In this document: positions 57,627 to 64,000 of the stretch, piece after piece
How the letters are laid out: every line of letters starts with the position of its first letter
Numbering within the stretch: the first letter of the stretch is position 1
Source of the DNA: Deltaproteobacteria bacterium
GTDB lineage: Bacteria > Desulfobacterota > Desulfomonilia > UBA1062
NCBI GenBank assembly: GCA_015486075.1
Contig: WFSG01000032.1
Span: forward strand, 106,862 to 170,861
Length of the DNA stretch: 64,000 nt
Reading direction: 5' to 3'
Position numbers and translations under genes: made by a program
The notes under the pieces: model-generated
What the model was told of the DNA's origin: nothing
The model's input: the letters and a program-made list of their open reading frames with translations, nothing else
The model's database searches: none

Positions 57627-58667
57627 ATGGGGCATTTGTTGGATGAACGCGGTAAGAGTATTTTAGGCGCAATAGTTCAGGAATACATCTCGACGGGCGA
57701 GCCTGTCGGATCCAGGGTTATTGCGAGGAAATACAATCTTAACCTGTCCCCTGCCACCATAAGGAATGTGATGGCGGATTTGGAGGACATGGGTTATCTT
57801 TACCAGCCCCATGTGTCAGCAGGAAGGATACCTACCCCCGAAGGCCTACGTGTTTACTTGGATAGAATCCTCGAGTTGAAATCTATCCCCGTCGTGGATA
57901 AGACTTCTATTGACAGGCATATGTCAAGCAATGTTGCAGACTTTATGAACCTGCTCCATGAAGCATCCCATATGCTAACGGAGTTTTCACATCAGGCATC
58001 CATAGTTATACTTCCGAAACCAACAGCCTTTTCTCTCAGGAAGATAGAATTTGTAAGACTGGACAAGGCTAGGATACTGGTAATATTGGTAAGTAATACA
58101 GGCATGGTCTATAACCATATTGTCTATGGCGAAGACATACCCCAGTCGGAGCTGATCAAGTATAACAATTACCTTAATGAGACATACATGGGACTCACGG
58201 TGCAGCAGATGAGGGATCGCCTTGTAACAGAGATGTCCGGGGAGAAGGCTCGCTTTGACAGGATTATAAGTAAGGCCACTGATCTTGGCATGAAGGTGCT
58301 AGATGAGATGGAGAAGGAGGAGGCCCCTGATATACTAATTGAGGGCAAGGAAAGCCTGTTCGATCATCCCGAGATGGAAGATCTTGAGAAACTAAAGGTT
58401 ATTGTAAAGACGTTTGAGGATAAGGGACGCATTGTACGTATCCTTAACAAGGTCATTGGTGGCAGAGGTGTGAAGGTATTCTTAGGCGACGATCTCTATA
58501 ACATTGGCGTTAGGGACTTCAGCGTGGTGGCAACTAGCTATCACAAGGGGAATCTCCCTGCTGGTTCTCTTGGCGTAATAGGACCAATGAGAATGGACTA
58601 TTCCAGGGTGATACCCCTTGTTGACTACGTGGCAAAAGTCTTGAGTTTTTTACTGGAGGATTTCTGA
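57627..58667 (+). CDS. hrcA: Heat-inducible transcription repressor
   Basis: EPVGSR, SPATIRNVMADLE, PHVSAGRIPT and GVIGPMRMDY. Confidence 0.96.
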   Translation: MGHLLDERGKSILGAIVQEYISTGEPVGSRVIARKYNLNLSPATIRNVMADLEDMGYLYQPHVSAGRIPTPEGLRVYLDRILELKSIPVVDKTSIDRHMSSNVADFMNLLHEASHMLTEFSHQASIVILPKPTAFSLRKIEFVRLDKARILVILVSNTGMVYNHIVYGEDIPQSELIKYNNYLNETYMGLTVQQMRDRLVTEMSGEKARFDRIISKATDLGMKVLDEMEKEEAPDILIEGKESLFDHPEMEDLEKLKVIVKTFEDKGRIVRILNKVIGGRGVKVFLGDDLYNIGVRDFSVVATSYHKGNLPAGSLGVIGPMRMDYSRVIPLVDYVAKVLSFLLEDF

Positions 58668-58668
58668 G

Positions 58669-59253
58669 ATGAGCGAAAAGAATAAAAAGGAAGAAATAGT
58701 TAAAAAGCAGGAAGAGCCAGAGGTCATGAAACAGGAAACTGAAGAAAAGATGCCAGAAGAAGAGGACTTAGAGGTAACCATAGGGAGGCTGAAAGATGAA
58801 GTTGCTTCTCTAAAGGATAGGTACTTGAGGGCCCATGCTGAAATGGACAACATGCGAAAAAGGCTGGAGCGCGAAAGGCGCGACATTGTGCGATTTGGGA
58901 ACGAGTCTCTTCTAAGGGACATGTTAGTTGTTTACGATGCGATAGAGAAGGCGATTGCCACTGGGAGGGAGATGTACCCCGATGATAGTAACTTTATCGA
59001 GGGAATGGAGATGATAGAGAAATTGTTTCTGGAGACCTTGAAACAGCACGGGGTTGAACCTATAAAAGCAAAGGGAGAAGCGTTTGACCCAAGATATCAT
59101 GAGGCAATGATGCAGGTGGAAAGGGATGATCTCGAAGAGGGAATCGTAGTAGATGAGATCGTCAGGGGATTTATGCTTCATGATCGAGTACTGAGACCTG
59201 CCAGGGTTTCGGTCTCCAAGGGTATAGAAAAAACCAATAGGGAGGAAGCATAA
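58669..59253 (+). CDS. grpE: Nucleotide exchange factor GrpE
   Basis: [20 protein letters not shown] and RVLRPARV. Confidence 0.96.
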   Translation: MSEKNKKEEIVKKQEEPEVMKQETEEKMPEEEDLEVTIGRLKDEVASLKDRYLRAHAEMDNMRKRLERERRDIVRFGNESLLRDMLVVYDAIEKAIATGREMYPDDSNFIEGMEMIEKLFLETLKQHGVEPIKAKGEAFDPRYHEAMMQVERDDLEEGIVVDEIVRGFMLHDRVLRPARVSVSKGIEKTNREEA

Positions 59254-59254
59254 G

Positions 59255-61189
59255 ATGGGCAAGATTCTGGGCATAGATCTCGGGACAACAAATTCATGCA
59301 TGGCAATAATGGAGGCTGGAGAGGCCAAGGTGATACCAAATGCCGAGGGAGCAAGGACTACTCCTTCTGTGGTAGCATTCACAAGCTCGGGTGAAAGGCT
59401 GGTCGGACAGGTTGCAAGGCGACAGGCAATTACCAATTCTGAGAATACCCTTTATGCAATAAAGAGACTCATAGGTAGAAAGTTCGATGACCAAGAGGTT
59501 CAACGTGACATAAAGGTGATGCCTTTCAAGATAGTGAGGGCTGATAACGGAGACGCGGCCGTTGAAGTCGAGGGCCGCAAGTATTCACCACCTGAGATCT
59601 CTGCGATGGTGCTCCAGAAGCTTAAGAAAGATGCAGAGGCGTATTTGGGCGAGAAGATAGAGGATGCAGTAATAACTGTGCCTGCGTACTTCAACGACTC
59701 GCAGAGACAGGCTACAAAGGATGCGGGAAGGATAGCAGGACTTAATGTAAAGAGAATCATAAACGAGCCCACTGCCGCTGCACTTGCATATGGACTGGAC
59801 AAGAAAAAGGATGAAAAGATAGCAGTATTTGACTTTGGTGGAGGAACATTTGATATTTCCATACTGGAGCTAGGTGACGGGGTGTTTGAGGTCAGGTCCA
59901 CGAATGGTGACACACACTTGGGTGGAGAGGATATAGATAATCGCATAATAGATTACCTTGTAAAGGAGTTCAAAAAAGAGACAGGAGTGGACCTGAGCCA
60001 GGATAGAATGGCATTGCAAAGACTAAAGGAGGCAGCCGAAAGGGCAAAACACGAGCTCTCTACCATGATGGAGACCGAGATTAACCTGCCTTTTATCACA
60101 GCAGATGCATCTGGGCCAAAGCATTTGAATATGAAACTGACCAGGGCAAAGTTAGAGGCACTTGTAGAGGATATAATTCAGAAACTGGAAGATCCGTGCA
60201 GGAAGGCGCTTGCGGATGCAGGCCTTTCACCTAGTGATATTGACGAGGTTATACTGGTTGGTGGACAGACAAGGATGCCCTTGGTGCAGGAGAAGGTGAA
60301 ATCCATCTTTGGTAAGGACCCCCATAAGGGCGTGAATCCTGACGAGGTGGTCGCTGTTGGAGCGGCCATCCAGGGTGGAGTCCTTGCCGGGGATGTGAAG
60401 GATGTGTTGCTGCTTGATGTAACGCCACTCTCACTCGGGATAGAGACCCTTGGAGGTGTTTTCACAAAGATCATAGAGAGAAACACGACCATACCAACCA
60501 GGAAATCCCAGATATTCTCCACGGCAGAGGATAACCAGAGTGCTGTAACCATAAGAGTCTTCCAGGGAGAGAGGCCTATGGCCCAGGATAACAAGCTCCT
60601 TGGCCAGTTTGACCTCGTGGGTATACCACCTGCACCGAGGGGTGTACCCCAGATTGAAGTCACCTTTGACATAGATGCAAACGGTATCATGCACGTATCT
60701 GCAAAGGACAAGGCCACTGGCAAGGAGCAGTCAATAAAGATTACGAGTTCATCCGGTCTGAACGAGCAGGATATACAAAAGATGATAAGGGAAGCCGAGG
60801 AACATGCAGAGGAAGACAGGAAAAAACAGGCCCTCATAGAGGCCAGAAACAAGGCTGACAATCTGGTTTATACCACGGAGAAGACACTCAAGGAATATGG
60901 TGAAAAGGTGGATGCCCAGACAAGGTCCAATATAGAGAGCGCACTATCAGATCTTAAGGACGCCATGAAGGGTGAAGACGTGGACCTCATGAACAGGAGA
61001 ATGGATGCACTTACCACGGCTTCACACAAGTTGGCTGAGGCCATGTATGCTGAAGCGGCTTCTAAGGCAGGTCAATCTGCAGGGGCTTCTTCTCAGGCCT
61101 CGGATGCATCGTCTAGTGCATCCTCCTCAGCAAAGGATGAAAACGTGGTTGATGCAGAATTTGAAGAGGTAAAAGGGGACAAGGGTTAA
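59255..61189 (+). CDS. dnaK: Chaperone DnaK
   Basis: [24 protein letters not shown] and VVDAEFEEV. Confidence 0.98.
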   Translation: MGKILGIDLGTTNSCMAIMEAGEAKVIPNAEGARTTPSVVAFTSSGERLVGQVARRQAITNSENTLYAIKRLIGRKFDDQEVQRDIKVMPFKIVRADNGDAAVEVEGRKYSPPEISAMVLQKLKKDAEAYLGEKIEDAVITVPAYFNDSQRQATKDAGRIAGLNVKRIINEPTAAALAYGLDKKKDEKIAVFDFGGGTFDISILELGDGVFEVRSTNGDTHLGGEDIDNRIIDYLVKEFKKETGVDLSQDRMALQRLKEAAERAKHELSTMMETEINLPFITADASGPKHLNMKLTRAKLEALVEDIIQKLEDPCRKALADAGLSPSDIDEVILVGGQTRMPLVQEKVKSIFGKDPHKGVNPDEVVAVGAAIQGGVLAGDVKDVLLLDVTPLSLGIETLGGVFTKIIERNTTIPTRKSQIFSTAEDNQSAVTIRVFQGERPMAQDNKLLGQFDLVGIPPAPRGVPQIEVTFDIDANGIMHVSAKDKATGKEQSIKITSSSGLNEQDIQKMIREAEEHAEEDRKKQALIEARNKADNLVYTTEKTLKEYGEKVDAQTRSNIESALSDLKDAMKGEDVDLMNRRMDALTTASHKLAEAMYAEAASKAGQSAGASSQASDASSSASSSAKDENVVDAEFEEVKGDKG

Positions 61190-61213
61190 GTAACTTTCTT
61201 TTATACATTACAT

Positions 61214-61261
61214 GGGAGGCAGGGCATATTGTTAGTTGGCCAGGCTCAGGCCTCCCTCTTT
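61214..61261 (+). terminator. Possible terminator hairpin after dnaK
   Basis: GGGAGGC...GCCTCCC followed by TCTTT; the interior is large and imperfect. Confidence 0.3.
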
Positions 61262-61310
61262 GCAGCAAGCTTATAATATTTAGCTAGTAGGCAGTTGCCT
61301 AGGCTTAGTA

Positions 61311-62468
61311 CTATATCTTTTTCTGACCTTTAGTCAGCTTGCTGGCCTCAAGATAGAGCTTTTCGTAAGAGCTTACCATTTTGCTAATGCTGAAGTGCTT
61401 CATAACCCTTTCACGTGCCCTTATGCCCATCTCTTTGCAGCTTTTGCTCCCGCCTACAAAAAGTTTGCGCCATGCCTGGTACATGGCATTGGGGGATCTT
61501 GCCGGTACCACTAGGCCCGTTGATTCAACCATGAATGCAGAATCACCGGTGTCTGTGACAACACATGGGATACCGCATGACATGGCTTCCCCTATAATGT
61601 TGGGCATGCCCTCTCCGTAGGAGGATGCCAGTGTGCAGACATCCAGGGCATTGAGTATATCCGGGATATCATTTCTTTCATCTAGAAGATGTAGTCTATT
61701 CTTTGGTATTCCACCTGAGATCTGTCCTATGTATGGTGAATTGTCTGAGATTCCCTTTCCTGCAAGAACAAAATGTATATCATGTTGGGCTTTTGACATC
61801 ATGAGTGCAGCTTTGAAGAATGTTACGTAGTCTTTCATGGGGTCCAGCCTTGCCACATGGCCTATTACAAATGCATTATCGGGTATTTTAAGCATCTCTC
61901 TTACCCTTGCTCTAGCCTTATTGTCCGGCCTGAATGTATTTGTATCAAAGCCATTGGGTATGAGTTCCCATCTTCGTGGGCTGTAGCCAAGGCCTTCATG
62001 CCATGTCTTCCCTGACTTTGAGTTGACCACAATGCAATAAGGGAGTTTTGATGTCCATGCCCCTGCCCTTACTGAGATACGGTACATGATGTCGTACCTG
62101 CTCAGATCCATATTGGAACACCTGATGTTCCACAGGACGGGTTTTCTGAAGCCGGCAAAGAGACCAAGAAGGTTTGCATGGTACATCCAGCACTGTACAA
62201 TGTCAGGCCTAAAGATACTAGCTATCCCGAGAAGACGAACTATACCCCTGGGGTCTGGTATCCCCTTTTGCATTCCAAGCTTCATGACGCTAAATCCTTG
62301 TTTCTTCAGGTCTTCGCCCAGTGTCCCTAGGCTCTTCATGGATACTATCACGTTTTGGATCCTTGTCTTGTCCATAGAAGTAACGAGCCTAAATAGGGTT
62401 CTTTCTGCGCCGCCTGTATTGAGACCCGAGATAAGATGCATTACCCTGATATGCCTTGTTGTGTTCAT
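61311..62468 (-). CDS. GT4 glycosyltransferase
   Basis: GGAE, IPNGFD, RLDPMKDY and EGMPNIIGEAMSCG. Confidence 0.92.
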   Translation of the reverse strand: MNTTRHIRVMHLISGLNTGGAERTLFRLVTSMDKTRIQNVIVSMKSLGTLGEDLKKQGFSVMKLGMQKGIPDPRGIVRLLGIASIFRPDIVQCWMYHANLLGLFAGFRKPVLWNIRCSNMDLSRYDIMYRISVRAGAWTSKLPYCIVVNSKSGKTWHEGLGYSPRRWELIPNGFDTNTFRPDNKARARVREMLKIPDNAFVIGHVARLDPMKDYVTFFKAALMMSKAQHDIHFVLAGKGISDNSPYIGQISGGIPKNRLHLLDERNDIPDILNALDVCTLASSYGEGMPNIIGEAMSCGIPCVVTDTGDSAFMVESTGLVVPARSPNAMYQAWRKLFVGGSKSCKEMGIRARERVMKHFSISKMVSSYEKLYLEASKLTKGQKKI

Positions 62469-62494
62469 AGGTCGTTCCTAAAATATATGGTTTC

Positions 62495-64000
62495 CTATGG
62501 ATATGATTCCTTCCACATCATGAATACAAGTAATAACCATATCCTGTCTACTGCCACGGAGCCATTGTCGGTCTTGAATTTAAGCACGGTCTGAAAAGCC
62601 GTATGCATGTCTATTGCGTTCTGTTGCCTGAGGGTATCTGGATTAAGGTATCTATCGACCATGTTCATTAGGTCCCTGTGTAGCCATGAGTATATAGGGA
62701 CAGCGAACCCTTGTTTGGGCCTTGAGAACAGTTCGTTCGGGATGTACCTTGCCAGTATTCTTTTGAGTATGTACTTTGACTCGCCTCCTTTATATTTAAG
62801 GTCGAACGGGAGTTTCATGGCAAGCTCCACTATCCTGTGATCCAAAAAGGGATCTCTCCCTTCAAGGCCTGTAAACATTGTAGCCCTGTCAACCTTTGTC
62901 AGTATGTCATCCGGCAGGTAATGCTCTATGTCCCACATCATCATGGAAGACATGCTGTTATTACCGCTTTCGTTTACTTGTTCCCTTGGATCTACGTAAG
63001 AACCAGTTAACCTTGTCACCTCTTCGGGGAGCCAGTAAGCAACTGCGTAAGGGTACACACGTGATAGTCTATTGTCCCAGTTCATGACCATGTTGTTGAA
63101 TTTTCTGACCCTGTCTTGCATGGCTGGTAACCTTAGACCGGGGATCAACTGCGAGATGCTGGAGATCCTCTTTTCGCCTAGAGAACCGAGGAACCTTCCC
63201 CCTGTTATTACCATGTTACTGGGGAGATGGCCAAGCAGTTTCACAAGCGTATTTATAACCCTGTAGCGGTGGTACCCGCAGAAAAGCTCGTCCCCGCCAT
63301 CAGCGGACAGGCTTACCTTCACGTTTTTCCTGGTCACGGCAGAGACTATCGTGGTTGGAATACCGGATATATCACCAAAGGGTTCATCATATATCTCTGG
63401 CCATATGTTGAGGATCTCTTTAGCCTGCTCAGGTGTTACAATTTCTTCTGTATGCTCTGTTCCGAGGTATTCTGCTATCCTCCTTGCCCAAGATGATTCA
63501 TCGTATTCTTTTTCATTGAAACCTATGGTAAAGGTCTTTATATTCTTATGGGCATGCTTGGCGAGTATGGCAGTAACAAGGGATGAATCCACTCCACCTG
63601 AGAGGAATACACCAACAGGTACATCTGAGATGAGCCTCTTTGTAAAGGCGTCGACCATTATTTCTTCCAGTTTATTTTCCAGTTCCTTGTCAGTTCCTCT
63701 CACAACTGGGTGGTTTAGTGCATCCCTGTATGACCAGTACACTTGCTTATCCACACTGTGATCTTGCCGTACCCTAATCCAGCAGCCCGGTTCAAGCTTG
63801 TAAGTGTGCTTGAATATTGTACGTGGTGCCGATATATAGCCGTAGTGAAAGAATTCTCCAAGTGCAGTGCGGTCTATCTCAAGTCTTTTGTCCAGTAGCT
63901 TATAAATTGCCTTAAGCTCGGATGCAAACGCGAATATACCTGAATGGTTGTAATAATAGAGAGGTTTAACGCCCATGCGGTCCCTGAGCAGGTACAGGCA
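62495..64000 (-). CDS. asnB: Asparagine synthase (glutamine-hydrolysing), polysaccharide-locus type; 5' end outside window
   Basis: The frame is open to the window end (LLRDRMGVKPLYY). FASELK, LSGGVDSS, GGDELFCGY, KVDR and KQGF. Confidence 0.92.
   Translation of the reverse strand, partial: CLYLLRDRMGVKPLYYYNHSGIFAFASELKAIYKLLDKRLEIDRTALGEFFHYGYISAPRTIFKHTYKLEPGCWIRVRQDHSVDKQVYWSYRDALNHPVVRGTDKELENKLEEIMVDAFTKRLISDVPVGVFLSGGVDSSLVTAILAKHAHKNIKTFTIGFNEKEYDESSWARRIAEYLGTEHTEEIVTPEQAKEILNIWPEIYDEPFGDISGIPTTIVSAVTRKNVKVSLSADGGDELFCGYHRYRVINTLVKLLGHLPSNMVITGGRFLGSLGEKRISSISQLIPGLRLPAMQDRVRKFNNMVMNWDNRLSRVYPYAVAYWLPEEVTRLTGSYVDPREQVNESGNNSMSSMMMWDIEHYLPDDILTKVDRATMFTGLEGRDPFLDHRIVELAMKLPFDLKYKGGESKYILKRILARYIPNELFSRPKQGFAVPIYSWLHRDLMNMVDRYLNPDTLRQQNAIDMHTAFQTVLKFKTDNGSVAVDRIWLLLVFMMWKESYP

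Noticed and set aside
58924-60861. Long minus-strand ORFs opposite grpE/dnaK
   Set aside because: Typical antisense shadows of Hsp70 coding sequence, with no independent signals.
1-64000. CRISPR arrays, tRNA/rRNA, IS elements, integrases, prophage or defence genes
   Set aside because: No spaced direct repeats, cloverleafs, transposase/integrase motifs or phage proteins were recognised.

Overview
A gene-dense, roughly 43% GC chromosomal window from an anaerobic deltaproteobacterial (Desulfobacterota-like) genome. The lineage is inferred from the ahbC-type heme cluster, MglA, DUF6178/DUF4388 proteins and several sigma54 regulators. Most of it is housekeeping: murJ, sirC-ccsA-hemA-hemC-cobA/hemD-ahbC, argS, wecB, lpxH, oppDF, recD2, recJ, ClC, nfeD, udg, coaBC, ald, rnr, CIRCE-hrcA-grpE-dnaK, GT4 and asnB. 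I found no rRNA, tRNA, CRISPR array or mobile element. Main points of interest: (1) at 16.1-23.5 kb, a Cache/PAS kinase and a sigma54 regulator sit between two sigma54/IHF-type promoters. One drives an orphan ATP synthase c subunit plus a dCache membrane protein with no output domain; the other drives an unknown 91-aa membrane protein plus an AtpZ/AtpI-family gene. No other atp genes are in the window. (2) An exported DUF1573 protein is split by an in-frame UGA at the conserved Cys position and has a SECIS-like hairpin, so it is a probable selenoprotein; it lies just upstream of murJ. (3) A GAF-GGDEF-HD-GYP protein has both catalytic sites degenerate but binding motifs kept, and lies downstream of a sigma54 promoter and a 39-aa small ORF. 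(4) A TPR-MglA-TPR-DUF4388 operon has no MglB. (5) Elements missed by the ORF track include ribosomal protein THX, a perfect 32-bp palindrome, a probable CTG start and several apparently leaderless genes. All family calls come from motif recognition by eye; no searches were run.
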